64,000 bases of DNA from a bacterium (lineage in GTDB: Bacteria > Vulcanimicrobiota > JABDET01): the NCBI GenBank assembly GCA_021817145.1, contig JAKAVV010000006.1, positions 83,087 to 147,086 on the forward strand, written 5' to 3'. This document shows, piece by piece, positions 17,066-27,435 of this stretch (position 1 is the first letter of the stretch; each line of letters starts with the position of its first letter). A model generated the notes under the pieces. The model was not told where the DNA came from, did no database searches, and saw only the letters and a program-made list of their open reading frames with translations. A program made the position numbers and the translations under genes.

Positions 17066-18760
17066 TTATTTTATTCTCTGCAGGATAGCCTCTTTTATGG
17101 TTTCTTTTCGAATCTCGATAAATCTTAAAAAATCATTTCTTTTCATGGCATCATAAGCTTTTTCTGAAATCAAGTGGGTTTGGAGGGTGGACAACAGCGT
17201 GGGTTCATTATGACCATGATTTTCTAAAAATAGAGGTAGGTATTCAGAAGGCTTTTTATCCCCTTTTTTATCTTTTCTGTAAGAGTTTGATTCTGATGAG
17301 ATTAAAGTGCGGTTTGCAATAAAGTCGACGTCTTTATCTTTGAATTTTGATTTAGGGAATATATGGTCATCTTCACAAGTCATTAGGTCGGCAGTTTGTC
17401 CTTTGAAGAAATCTTTAGCGCCTGCAAGAACGATAAGGCACATAATCCCACGATAAAGGGCTGATCTCTGTTCAGTAACATCCAGGTCTATTCGGTCAAT
17501 TGTGAGGTCAGTCATCCAGTCAGGAGGAGTATCTTGATCCAGCCATTTTTTCATCTCTTGAAAATCTTGGTAAGTTTTAGTATCTGTTGCCGAATCGTAT
17601 CGCTGAAGGAAAATATTGGACCAATACCAGCGGTCTAGTTTACGGTACATTGTTTCACCACCGCTGCGTTCTTCTACAGCATGAAGTAAGACAGCCAATG
17701 GAACAATAAGAGTGGAGTAAGGAATGAGGTTGCTTTTGATCGCACCATAGCCCCCTTTGGGGTTGGCAATTCTCTGCACAGCTTTTATGATATACTTCTC
17801 GGCTTTCTTCCATTGATCTTCAAAATGATTCTGGTTTAGACTATCCAGAGCATCCAGTATTTTCCCCTTTTTTGGTTCTTTGCCTTCCCAGAGAGTGATC
17901 ATTTTAAGTAGAAACTCCGGTTTGATCATTTTGCTCAGTTTCTCATCCAGCTCCTTATTTGCGCTGTTTTGAAAATTCTCCCATAGATTTCGAAGGAGAA
18001 TCTTTTTGGGGTACACTCGGGCTTGAACCAGATCGAAAAGAGACAATGAAATCCCTGTTCTGTTGATTCTTTCGAATATATTGACAATATCCTCTTGCCC
18101 TCTTTCAGATGCTAGAGAAACAACAGGAATCATGAATTTCTCGATACGCTGGTAAAGATTTTCGATATTTTTTTGGTCAGAATTATTCCAGATTTTCTGT
18201 TCGTTATACAACCAGCGATAAAAATCTCCAGAATCGCGTAAACGCGAAAAAGGGAGAGCTTCATAATTTTGGACAAGATCTTCATATTCCCTCATTCTTC
18301 GTTTATCACGAGTTGAGATTCCAATAACAGCATCATCAAGCTCCCCTTTGATCGCTTCTTTAAGGTTCAGAAAAAATTTGTGAGGATGGTTTGACCACTG
18401 CAGTGGTATATCCGGTTCATAAAGAACATAAAATAAAGAGCTGATTCTTTGCTGTCCATCCAGGAGAAGACGGACGGTTGTATGAGATTGAGGAACAGCA
18501 AATGGAATTTTATCATGCCCTTCCATCAGCCTGAATGGAAACATAGGCTGTTGAGTTTGTGTATCCAGCACCAAGAAAGTGCCAATAAAGTAACCCTGGA
18601 GGATTGATGAAAGCAGCTCTTCAATATCCTGCCTTTGCCAGACAAAAGAACGTTGAAATTCGGGAACAACCAACTTTCCTATAAAAGCTTCGCGAATCAG
18701 ATCAAAAAGACGCTCAGGGTTCGCTTTTGGAGCTTCAGAGGTTTGTTTAAGGGTTTGCAT
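17066..18760 (-). CDS. GmrSD-family (DUF262 + DUF1524/HNH) restriction endonuclease
   Basis: VPEFQRSFVW, LDGQQR, IFERINRTG, EDDHIFPKS, ANRTLIS..SN. Confidence 0.88.
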   Translation of the reverse strand: MQTLKQTSEAPKANPERLFDLIREAFIGKLVVPEFQRSFVWQRQDIEELLSSILQGYFIGTFLVLDTQTQQPMFPFRLMEGHDKIPFAVPQSHTTVRLLLDGQQRISSLFYVLYEPDIPLQWSNHPHKFFLNLKEAIKGELDDAVIGISTRDKRRMREYEDLVQNYEALPFSRLRDSGDFYRWLYNEQKIWNNSDQKNIENLYQRIEKFMIPVVSLASERGQEDIVNIFERINRTGISLSLFDLVQARVYPKKILLRNLWENFQNSANKELDEKLSKMIKPEFLLKMITLWEGKEPKKGKILDALDSLNQNHFEDQWKKAEKYIIKAVQRIANPKGGYGAIKSNLIPYSTLIVPLAVLLHAVEERSGGETMYRKLDRWYWSNIFLQRYDSATDTKTYQDFQEMKKWLDQDTPPDWMTDLTIDRIDLDVTEQRSALYRGIMCLIVLAGAKDFFKGQTADLMTCEDDHIFPKSKFKDKDVDFIANRTLISSESNSYRKDKKGDKKPSEYLPLFLENHGHNEPTLLSTLQTHLISEKAYDAMKRNDFLRFIEIRKETIKEAILQRIK

Positions 18761-18928
18761 GAGCCGTAATATTTAAGATTTCAATTTCGGCATGTTTTTT
18801 CTTTAACCTTCCCTGTCAGTATGTGATGTAAATCCACGCATTCATCCGACCTCGCGCATCTTGTTTTCTAACGGAATTTAGGAAAACTCCAAGGAAATTT
18901 TCCTGGGAGAAGGAAAATTAGGGGTATC

Positions 18929-20719
18929 TTGAAATCAGAAATTACCAGTATTTTGGCAACAGACTGCGGCTCAACCACAACAAAAGCGATTTTAATCGAA
19001 AAAAAAGAGGGGGAGTACAGACTCATTGTTCGTGGTGAAGCTCCTACAACAGTTGAAGCTCCTGTTGAAGATGTTACCCATGGTGTTCTGAATGCTGTTC
19101 GAGAAGTGGAAGAACTGGCAGGAAGACCTTTGTTGGAAAATGGACAGATCATAAAACCACAATTATCTGAAAAAGGAGTTGATCTTTATTTATCTACCTC
19201 AAGCGCTGGAGGTGGACTGCAGATGCTGGTTGCTGGGGTGGTTCTGGAAATTTCGGCTGAATCTGCTGCAAGAGCTGCCTTAGGGGCAGGGGCAATTGTC
19301 ATGGATGTGATTGCTGCAAATGATGGCAGAGTTCCTTATCAGAAGATTGAGAGGATTCGTTCCTTAAGACCTGACATGATTCTTTTGTCTGGAGGAATGG
19401 ATGGCGGGACTGTTTCCCATGTTGTTGAAGCAGCTCAATTGATTTCTGCAGCGGATCCAAAACCCAGACTTGGGGCAGGGTATGAGCTGCCTGTGATTTA
19501 TGCGGGGAATAAAGATGCGCGAGAAAATGTTAAACAGATTCTTGAAAACAAAACCGCTCTGCAGATTACTGAAAATTTGAGACCAACAGATAAAACCGAG
19601 AATTTAACCCCTGCCCGTCAGAGCATTCAATCTCTTTTTTTAGAGCATGTGATGGCTCATGCCCCTGGATATAGAACTTTAATGGAATGGACTGATGCTC
19701 CGATTATGCCCACTCCTGCTGCTGTAGGGATCATGATGCAGAAGATCGCTGAACAACATAAAATGAATGTTCTTGGGGCTGATATTGGAGGAGCAACAAC
19801 CGATGTCTTCTCTGTTTTTCACGGGATTTATCATCGGACCGTCAGCGCTAATCTGGGGATGAGTTATTCGATTTCCAATGTTTTTAAAGAGGCGGGATTT
19901 GAGAAGATTTTACAGTGGGTTCCTTTTGACTTAAATGAAAAAGAGTTGAGAAATAAGATTAAAAACAAGATGATTCGCCCTACCACAATCCCCCAATTAT
20001 TGGAAGAATTAATGATAGAGCAGGCTGTCTGCAGAGAAGCATTAAGGCTTTCTTTTGAGCAGCACAAACTGCTGGCTGTTGGATTGAAAGGGGTTCAGCA
20101 GGAGAGAAATATTTCCGATGCTTTTGCTCAAACTGAATCAGGAGAAACTTTAATAAAAATGATGAATTTAGATATGCTGATCGGGAGTGGAGGGGTTTTA
20201 AGTCATGCTCCTCGCCGCTCTCAAGCTGCTTTAATGATGCTCGATGCTTACCTGCCTGAAGGGATTACCTATTTGACAGTTGACAGCATTTTTATGATGC
20301 CGCAGCTAGGGGTTTTAAGTCAGGTTCACCCTGAAGCAGCCACTCAAGTTTTTGAAAAGGATTGTTTGATCTGGCTTGGTACCTGTATCGCCCCTGTTGG
20401 AGAAATGAAAGACAAGAAGCTTCTTGCAAAGATTCGTCTTCAATTTCCTGATGGAAAAAGTGAGGAGATGGTTTTGAATTTTGGAGAATTGAAAGCGATT
20501 CCATTAGGGGGAAAGGAAACCGCAAAAGTTTTTCTGCAGCCTGCTGCTGGAATTGACTGTGGAAAAGGGAAAGGGGCTTCTTTTGAGACAGAAGTAAAAG
20601 GAGGGGCTGTTGGTCTTATTTTAGATGGGAGAGGTCGTCCTTTTAATCTGCCAAAAAGCAGATCTGACAGAATGAATAAATTGAAAGAATGGAATTCCGC
20701 ATTGAATGTTTATCCATGA
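18929..20719 (+). CDS. GlmL/MutL-like (glutamate mutase L family) ASKHA ATPase
   Basis: ATDCGSTTTK, TSSAGGGL, DIGGATTDVF, RTVSANLGMSYS. Confidence 0.85.
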   Translation: MKSEITSILATDCGSTTTKAILIEKKEGEYRLIVRGEAPTTVEAPVEDVTHGVLNAVREVEELAGRPLLENGQIIKPQLSEKGVDLYLSTSSAGGGLQMLVAGVVLEISAESAARAALGAGAIVMDVIAANDGRVPYQKIERIRSLRPDMILLSGGMDGGTVSHVVEAAQLISAADPKPRLGAGYELPVIYAGNKDARENVKQILENKTALQITENLRPTDKTENLTPARQSIQSLFLEHVMAHAPGYRTLMEWTDAPIMPTPAAVGIMMQKIAEQHKMNVLGADIGGATTDVFSVFHGIYHRTVSANLGMSYSISNVFKEAGFEKILQWVPFDLNEKELRNKIKNKMIRPTTIPQLLEELMIEQAVCREALRLSFEQHKLLAVGLKGVQQERNISDAFAQTESGETLIKMMNLDMLIGSGGVLSHAPRRSQAALMMLDAYLPEGITYLTVDSIFMMPQLGVLSQVHPEAATQVFEKDCLIWLGTCIAPVGEMKDKKLLAKIRLQFPDGKSEEMVLNFGELKAIPLGGKETAKVFLQPAAGIDCGKGKGASFETEVKGGAVGLILDGRGRPFNLPKSRSDRMNKLKEWNSALNVYP

Positions 20720-20723
20720 GAAA

Positions 20724-21854
20724 ATGGGAAATTCTTATACCCCAGGATTAAAAGTTGCGAGGCGGATGGTGATCCGCAGAGAAAGAAGACTTCCTTTAAA
20801 AGGGGAAGTTCTGGTTTCATCAGGAGCGAAAGTGCAAAGTGATACTGCTGTCGCTAGAACTCATCTTCCTGGAAGCGTAGAATTAGTCAATGTGGCAAAT
20901 CCATTGGGAGTAGATCCAAAAGCTGTCCGAAAGTATTTGCTGAAAAAAGAAGGGGATAAGATCAGCCAAGGGGAGTTAATCGCTAAAAACCCAGGGCTGT
21001 TCGGGTTGTTTAAATCCGAGTTTTTTTCACCTATTTCAGGGTTTGTAGAAACAGTTTCTGATGCCACGGGAAAACTTACCCTTCGGAAAGAACCTGTTCC
21101 ACTTGAAATCAAAGCATACATTAGCGGAATGGTTGAAAAAGTCATTCCTGAACAAGGGGTTGTCATTAAAACTTATGGGGCTTATATTCAGGGGATTTTC
21201 GGTATTGGAGGGGAAACCTGGGGGGGTATAAAAAGCGCTGTTTCTGCTCCTGACAAAGTTTTGGATGAAGGGAATTTAAATGAAAGTTTTTCAGGAATGA
21301 TTGTTTTTGGTGGGAGTCTTGTTACTTTAAAGGCTCTTCAAAAAGCGGTTCGAGTTGGAGTAAAAGGGATTATTGTCGGCGGAATTGAGGATCAAGATCT
21401 ACGGGAATTTTTAGGGTATGATTTAGGAGCTGCTGTTACTGGCAGTGAAAACAAAGGGATTACCCTTGTTTTAACAGAGGGGTTTGGAGCGATTTCTATG
21501 GCTGAGAAAAGTTTTCAATTATTAAAAGAATCAGAAGGGAGATTGGGTTCAATTCATGGAGCGACCCAGATTAGAGCAGGTGTCATTCGTCCTGAGGTGA
21601 TTATTCCTTATAGTGAAGAAGGAATTCCAGAGAATGAGGTGGAGAATCAGAGTAAGGGTTTTGATTTGAGAGAAGGAAATCTTGTTCGAATTATTCGGGA
21701 TCCTTATTTCGGTTCTATAGCAAAAATAGTTTCTCTTCCATTAGAACCGCAGAGGATTCAAACAGAAGCAAAAGTTCGTGTGGCTGAAGTCATGCTCTTG
21801 GATGGAACCAGATGGGTTTTGCCGAGAGCCAATATCGAGAGGATTGAGGAATAA
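20724..21854 (+). CDS. Conserved hypothetical partner of GlmL-like ATPase
   Basis: MGNSYTPGLKV start, GAYIQGIFGIGGE, ATQIRAGVIRPE, C-terminal KOW-like VRIIRDPYFG; ORF track start 20706. Confidence 0.75.
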   Translation: MGNSYTPGLKVARRMVIRRERRLPLKGEVLVSSGAKVQSDTAVARTHLPGSVELVNVANPLGVDPKAVRKYLLKKEGDKISQGELIAKNPGLFGLFKSEFFSPISGFVETVSDATGKLTLRKEPVPLEIKAYISGMVEKVIPEQGVVIKTYGAYIQGIFGIGGETWGGIKSAVSAPDKVLDEGNLNESFSGMIVFGGSLVTLKALQKAVRVGVKGIIVGGIEDQDLREFLGYDLGAAVTGSENKGITLVLTEGFGAISMAEKSFQLLKESEGRLGSIHGATQIRAGVIRPEVIIPYSEEGIPENEVENQSKGFDLREGNLVRIIRDPYFGSIAKIVSLPLEPQRIQTEAKVRVAEVMLLDGTRWVLPRANIERIEE

Positions 21855-21867
21855 GAGATAGCGACGA

Positions 21868-23625
21868 TTATTCTTCATGCCAGTAAATAGTTCTAAACTT
21901 TCCAGTTGTGGGGAAAAAAGGGGGAGGAGATTGGGCAAGACGAGGGTCGTAATGCTTATTATTGGCATATCCTGACGTAATTTGAGTTTCTCCTGAGTAG
22001 GGATCCACTGTAAAAGTGCCAATTAAAGGATGATATACTGAAACAACCCCACCAAAAAGTTGAAGGGTTCCTGTTTGTCGTGTGTCATAATTTTGGGCAT
22101 AAAAATACCCATTTAATGACCCATCACTTTGTTTTGCTCCTGCATAAATATCCGCATAAATCATTAGATTGGGTGGAGCAGAATCTCCAATGATCACATT
22201 GGTTCCAATCAGTCCCAGCATATCTTGTGAATTTGTGGGGGGCTGTCCTGGTGTTGTATCTTGATAATCAATATTCCCATTAATGTATAAATTTCCGCTG
22301 GCTGCAATGGTGTATTTCCCTTGAACTGTTCCTGAGATTCCACCTCCTGAACTGCTTCCAATATTTCCATTCACAAAAATCGTTCCATTGGTTGTTCCTT
22401 GATAAACAGAATAGGAATTTGCATTTTGAAGAATCGTATTCCCTGTCATGATCTCTTGAGGTGTGTGAATTGGCTTTCCATTGACAATTGAACCTGGAGG
22501 AATGGTTACTGGATTAGAAGTAACATAAGTAATTTGGTACTGAGAAGTTCCCTGTGTCAGTGTCATCATTGAATTATTTGTATTTGGGGAACTACCCATT
22601 AATATTTGTCCAACACTTCCTGATACATAAATACCAGCCGCAGGTTTTGGATTTTTGCCTGCTTCTGGGGGTTGGGGTTTCCCTGTATTGACGTAAACCC
22701 CTGGAGCAGCAGGGAATCCACTTGAATTTCCCCAAGAAGCATTTTGGATACTTGAATATCCGGTTGGGAAAGGGATTGGTTTTGCTCCTGTGATTAAATC
22801 CGGTCTTCCACCTTTATAAATATCCTCGTAATCCCCTGGGATTGGGTTTCCACTGCTGTCATAAGGGGGTTGACCTCCAAGAGTATTTGCTCCATAATGG
22901 ACCGCATCAGGGTATTGTGGGCTAGGAGAAGCAGCGCTTGTGACTGTTGAAAGAAAAAAGGGTGAAGCAGTGATTGGAGTTCCATTACTGCTGCAGCAGG
23001 CTTGATTTTGATAATACCCCTGTGGAATATAGATATTCAAAGGTCCATTCGTAAAAATGGGACCGTCTTCTATGGTTATTCCTGCAACATACCAGTTTTG
23101 CTGCCCATCCGGAGTCGTTTCTGAATTGGTGAAAATAAGATACTCTCCAAAACTTTCTTGTTCAATCATAGAAACGATTTTTTTGCTGAATATTCCATCT
23201 GTTCCAGTGGACCGCAAAGTGTAACTTAATAAAGAACCTACGCTGTTTCCTGGACCAGGGGTTATGCTGACCTGATAATTCCAGGGGGCAAGAGGGCTGT
23301 CTGATGGGGAATCCAGCTCTTCAGGAATTTCATCAATCTCTCCATTTTGAACATCATCAGAAATCAGGGCTGAAGCGGTTTGGATCCCTGCATCTGCGGC
23401 AAATCTTGCTTGTATGTCATTTTTCTCTTTCATGATCACGGAGAAATTCGTTGGGAGAAGAACAAAAAGCGCGCTTCCCATGAAAAATAAGATAATCATC
23501 ATGAAAATGGAGAGCAGCAGAATACTCCCCCTGCTTCGTTTAGAGTGAACTGATACTTCACTTTTGAGGAAAGAAGAGAATCTGGTTTGCTGTGGATTGG
23601 ATTGTTTTATTTTGCCCAGCAGCAT
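21868..23625 (-). CDS. PilX-like pilus assembly protein (DUF4900-like)
   Basis: RGSILLL...TM helix, ARFAADAGI, DGPIFTNG, Gly/Asn-rich beta region, YDPRL..PPPFFP. Confidence 0.75.
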   Translation of the reverse strand: MLLGKIKQSNPQQTRFSSFLKSEVSVHSKRSRGSILLLSIFMMIILFFMGSALFVLLPTNFSVIMKEKNDIQARFAADAGIQTASALISDDVQNGEIDEIPEELDSPSDSPLAPWNYQVSITPGPGNSVGSLLSYTLRSTGTDGIFSKKIVSMIEQESFGEYLIFTNSETTPDGQQNWYVAGITIEDGPIFTNGPLNIYIPQGYYQNQACCSSNGTPITASPFFLSTVTSAASPSPQYPDAVHYGANTLGGQPPYDSSGNPIPGDYEDIYKGGRPDLITGAKPIPFPTGYSSIQNASWGNSSGFPAAPGVYVNTGKPQPPEAGKNPKPAAGIYVSGSVGQILMGSSPNTNNSMMTLTQGTSQYQITYVTSNPVTIPPGSIVNGKPIHTPQEIMTGNTILQNANSYSVYQGTTNGTIFVNGNIGSSSGGGISGTVQGKYTIAASGNLYINGNIDYQDTTPGQPPTNSQDMLGLIGTNVIIGDSAPPNLMIYADIYAGAKQSDGSLNGYFYAQNYDTRQTGTLQLFGGVVSVYHPLIGTFTVDPYSGETQITSGYANNKHYDPRLAQSPPPFFPTTGKFRTIYWHEE

Positions 23626-24234
23626 TTTTGCTCACCTCTTTTTTTGTGACTGTAATTTGCAGAGCATTTTCTTGAAGCCTGTCAAAATTAACTGAAGTGA
23701 CGAAATTGGCGATCAATTCGGGCTTATTGATCGTTAAATTTTCGTCCACATTGTATAAAACAACTTGATTCTTTAAAAGGCTTAAAACCATTTCCGTATA
23801 AAGCGGGTTTTTCGAATTAAAAAATAGATTTGCCCCTTCCTGCTTGCACTGCGCATAAAGCGGATCACTTGCATTATAGGGATGGGTGATTCCGCCGCAG
23901 GGTTCCCAAAATTCCACTTCTGAACCCGTTTCCCCCAGAATAGGGGTGGCAACAGCATCCTGATTGTCAGAAGGAGGGCAGGACTTTCCTAAAGCTTCTC
24001 TGATTTGCATTAATGCCAGTTTTGCCCCTTCTTGGGCTCCTATCATGTTTGTTCCCTGCCAGAATGCGTTTCTTAAAGAAATGTAAATCAAAAGAATAAT
24101 TCCTGTCATAAAAGCAGAAATAACCATGGCTGTTAAAAGCTCAAAAAGGGTGAACCCTTTTGTCGGGTTTTGGATTGGCAGACAGGAATGGCTGCCCTTT
24201 TTACGGCTGTCTTTGATACGCGACAAAAGTGACA
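23558..24234 (-). CDS. Prepilin-type minor pilin (PilW-like)
   Basis: KG|FTLFELLTAMVIS; start uncertain (ORF track 24298). Confidence 0.8.
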
Positions 24235-24659
24235 TCTCTTTCCGCTCCTTTTTCTTTCCAGAATACTTGGACTTTAATGACAGCAATATTTTGTTCATAA
24301 GAGCCTTGCCCCAGAAGAGAAATATGGATGTTTCTTGTAAAAGGGGAATTCACGGGAAAATTATTTGTGAAAGGTTGATAATTTAAGGGTCTTTGAATTT
24401 TAGGCGCGTCAAACAATCCTGAATCATCTTGATAAGAGTTTCCAACTTGAAGAGAGGGGCTGCCAAATGGAACTAAATTGTTGGTTGTAATCAGCCCTAC
24501 CAGAGTTTGGGCGATTTCGACGGCATTTCCCATTTGAGCTCCATGTTCCGCTCCCCTCAGTGTCCATAGATAAGTAGAGGCGACCCCAAGAATACCAATG
24601 GTTATGACCAGAAGAGCAGTCATGACTTCCAGCAGAGAAAATCCGTTTTCTTTTTTCAT
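24201..24659 (-). CDS. Prepilin-type minor pilin (PilV-like)
   Basis: NG|FSLLEVMTALLVITIGIL; C-terminal IKVQVFW. Confidence 0.85.
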   Translation of the reverse strand: MKKENGFSLLEVMTALLVITIGILGVASTYLWTLRGAEHGAQMGNAVEIAQTLVGLITTNNLVPFGSPSLQVGNSYQDDSGLFDAPKIQRPLNYQPFTNNFPVNSPFTRNIHISLLGQGSYEQNIAVIKVQVFWKEKGAERDVTFVAYQRQP

Positions 24660-24665
24660 AGAACC

Positions 24666-25991
24666 TCACAGGTGGCGAGCCAGGGTCAGCATAGGCATAA
24701 AAGCCGAAATGGCGATGAACAGAACGATCCCAGAAAGTCCGACCAGAAAACAGGGTTCAATCAGCTTTACCATCGTATCTAACTGCAGCTCTATTTCCTG
24801 TTCATAAATTTGGGATGCTTTTCCCATTAATTCAGGAAGTTTGCCTGAAGCTTCTCCTGTTCCAATGAGATCCAGAGCCAGTTTTGTCAATAATCCAGAG
24901 GATTGAAATGCCTCATGCACTCCTTCACCTTTTTTGAGGCAGTCCCCAACAGCTCCAATTTTATCGCAAAATACAGTATTGCCGGATACTTCTCCCGCCA
25001 GCTTGCAGGACTCCACAATTGGAATTCCATTTTCTATTAAGAATGATAGAGCAAAAAGAGAACGATAAATGTAAATTTTTAGAGCAAAGTTCCGCAGGCT
25101 GGGAGTTTTTAAAATCCATGAATCCAGTTTTTTTCTAAAAGAAGGGCGACCAAATAAGAAAAAATATAAAAAGATCAGGATAGCAGCTCCAGAAAGTATA
25201 ACGATTTTAAAAAATTCAGAATGAAAAATAGAAATGATAAAAAGTAGAAACCGAGTCGTAAGAGGCAGTTGAAAATGAAAATTCTGATAGATTGCCATTC
25301 CTTTTGGCAGCAGGTAACTCAAAAAAAAGAATAGTAAAAAGGAACTGACAACAGCAAGTGTAAAAGGGTAGGCTAGAGCCGCCGCAATCTTTTTCTTTAA
25401 AACAAGTTGTTTTTCGAGCATTTCAGCAATTTCTTGAAAACTCCGTTCCAATTTTCCAGAAGCCTCTCCGCTTTTAATGATCGCAAGGCAGACAGGAGGA
25501 AACAAGTTAGGGTGTTTTGCAATTGCTTGAGACAAAGGCTCTCCTTTTTGGACATGTTTGTTAATCTCTTTCAGGATTGAACTCAGATGAGGTTCTGAGG
25601 TTTGTTCAAGCAGGGTTAATCCTTGAACAAGAGGTAAGCCAGCATGCAGCATGACCCACATTTGTCTTGCGAAGTAGGTAGAGCTTTCATTGGAAATTTT
25701 ACCTTTCCAGATCTGCTCCGGTTTTTTAGAAAAAACGAGGTCAGGAATAACAGGCAGTTTCCAGTACGTTTTTTTAAGCTGTGTAACCGCGGGATTTTCA
25801 GGAACATCTTCAGGAGAAATCAGCTCGACTCGAACAATAGTTGGGAACTTTTTGTCCAGTTTTCGATAAGCTTGTTCAAGGGTCTTGGCTTTAATCATTC
25901 CATCGATGACCCGATCTTCCCAATCCATTGCCTGATAATGGAAATGCTGAAATTCTGCGTTTTGTTTTAGCAAACCAAACACAAAGCACAC
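24666..25991 (-). CDS. Type II secretion F / PilC platform protein
   Basis: FARQMWVMLHAGLPL, KSGEASGKL, GEASGKLPE, LIEP. Confidence 0.92.
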   Translation of the reverse strand: MCFVFGLLKQNAEFQHFHYQAMDWEDRVIDGMIKAKTLEQAYRKLDKKFPTIVRVELISPEDVPENPAVTQLKKTYWKLPVIPDLVFSKKPEQIWKGKISNESSTYFARQMWVMLHAGLPLVQGLTLLEQTSEPHLSSILKEINKHVQKGEPLSQAIAKHPNLFPPVCLAIIKSGEASGKLERSFQEIAEMLEKQLVLKKKIAAALAYPFTLAVVSSFLLFFFLSYLLPKGMAIYQNFHFQLPLTTRFLLFIISIFHSEFFKIVILSGAAILIFLYFFLFGRPSFRKKLDSWILKTPSLRNFALKIYIYRSLFALSFLIENGIPIVESCKLAGEVSGNTVFCDKIGAVGDCLKKGEGVHEAFQSSGLLTKLALDLIGTGEASGKLPELMGKASQIYEQEIELQLDTMVKLIEPCFLVGLSGIVLFIAISAFMPMLTLARHL

Positions 25992-26334
25992 TCCTCCTTG
26001 ATTAATTTACCGTATTCTTCAAATTTGTCAAGAGAGTTCACAAGAAATTAAAGATTTGTTTACAAGGATTTCATAAAACTTTCTTCTGTCTCTGCTGCAG
26101 TGCGATGCTGTTCTGGATTTCACTGTGGGCTTATTTGCCGCTGTCCTTGTTCAATGCTGAAAAGCTTGACACCGCTCATTTTCGAAAAATCTTTGTCTAG
26201 TGAAAAAATTGCGCAGCGCGCGCGATTGGCTGCTGCGGCAGCACTGTGTTAAACTAGTGTATGGAATGACAAAAATATAACGCAAAAAGGATAATTCCGA
26301 CTTTTAAGTAAACATTACACTTGGGTGATTCGTA

Positions 26335-27423
26335 ATGGAAAAATTAAGTTCTGAAGCAGTCCTTGAAGCTTTAAAATCAGTGAAAGATCCAGAGCTTGGA
26401 CGCGATGTTGTCAGCTTAAACATGATCAAAGATTTAAAAGTAAATCCTGATAATACGGTTAGCTTAACTCTTGAATTGACAACACCTGCCTGTCCGATTA
26501 AAGGAGAGTTTCAAAATGCGGTTCGACAGGCTGTTTTAAATGCAGGGGCAAAAGAAGCGGTTGTGAATCTTTCTTCCAATACAGGAAAAAGGAGCTTTTT
26601 CCCGATTGCAGGTCAGGAAGAGATTATCCCTGGAGTTAAAAACTCTGTTGCTGTTGCAAGTGGAAAAGGAGGGGTTGGAAAATCAACAGTAACAGCTAAT
26701 CTTGCCATGGCTTTGATTCAAGAAGGAGCAAAAGTCGGTATTTTAGACGCCGATATTTATGGGCCCACAATTCCTTTAATGATGAATATCAGTGAACAAG
26801 CTCCACAAGTTTTCAATGGAAAATTATCTCCTTTACTTCAGTATGACTGCAAAGTGATGAGTATGGGATTGATCCTTCCTAAAGGGGAAGCAGTTGTTTG
26901 GAGAGGTCCTATGGTGGCAAAAATGGTGCATGAATTTGTCAGCGCTGTGGATTGGGGGAATTTGGATTATCTTTTGATCGATCTCCCTCCTGGAACAGGG
27001 GATGCTGCTTTAACAGTGGCGCAGTTAATCCCTCTTTCAGGGGTTGTTATTGTGACAACTCCTCAAGAGGCTGCAACCAGAATTGCGACAAAAGCGATCA
27101 GTATGTTTGGAAAATTAAAAACTCCGATTTTAGGAATTATTGAAAACATGAGTTATTATGAGTGCCCTTCTTGTCATCATCAAGAAGAGATCTTTGGAAA
27201 AGGAGGGGGGGAAATGGCTTCACAAGAGAATAAAATTCCCTTTTTAGGGAAGATTCCTCTTCATCCTTTGATCAGAGAATCAGGGGATGAAGGGAAACCT
27301 GTTGTTATTTTTGACCCTTCTCTTGCGGCTTCTCGAGCCTTTAAAGAGGCTGCTGGGAAAATGGCGGGAAGATTAAGTGTTTTAAAAGCAGGGCTTTCAG
27401 TACAGACCCCTCTGACTGTGTAA
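26335..27423 (+). CDS. mrp: Mrp/ApbC/NBP35 Fe-S cluster carrier ATPase with N-terminal DUF59
   Basis: VKDPELG, ASGKGGVGKST, DADIYGP, DLPPGTGD, ENMSYYECPSC. Confidence 0.95.
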   Translation: MEKLSSEAVLEALKSVKDPELGRDVVSLNMIKDLKVNPDNTVSLTLELTTPACPIKGEFQNAVRQAVLNAGAKEAVVNLSSNTGKRSFFPIAGQEEIIPGVKNSVAVASGKGGVGKSTVTANLAMALIQEGAKVGILDADIYGPTIPLMMNISEQAPQVFNGKLSPLLQYDCKVMSMGLILPKGEAVVWRGPMVAKMVHEFVSAVDWGNLDYLLIDLPPGTGDAALTVAQLIPLSGVVIVTTPQEAATRIATKAISMFGKLKTPILGIIENMSYYECPSCHHQEEIFGKGGGEMASQENKIPFLGKIPLHPLIRESGDEGKPVVIFDPSLAASRAFKEAAGKMAGRLSVLKAGLSVQTPLTV

Positions 27424-27435
27424 AGGGGATCCCTT

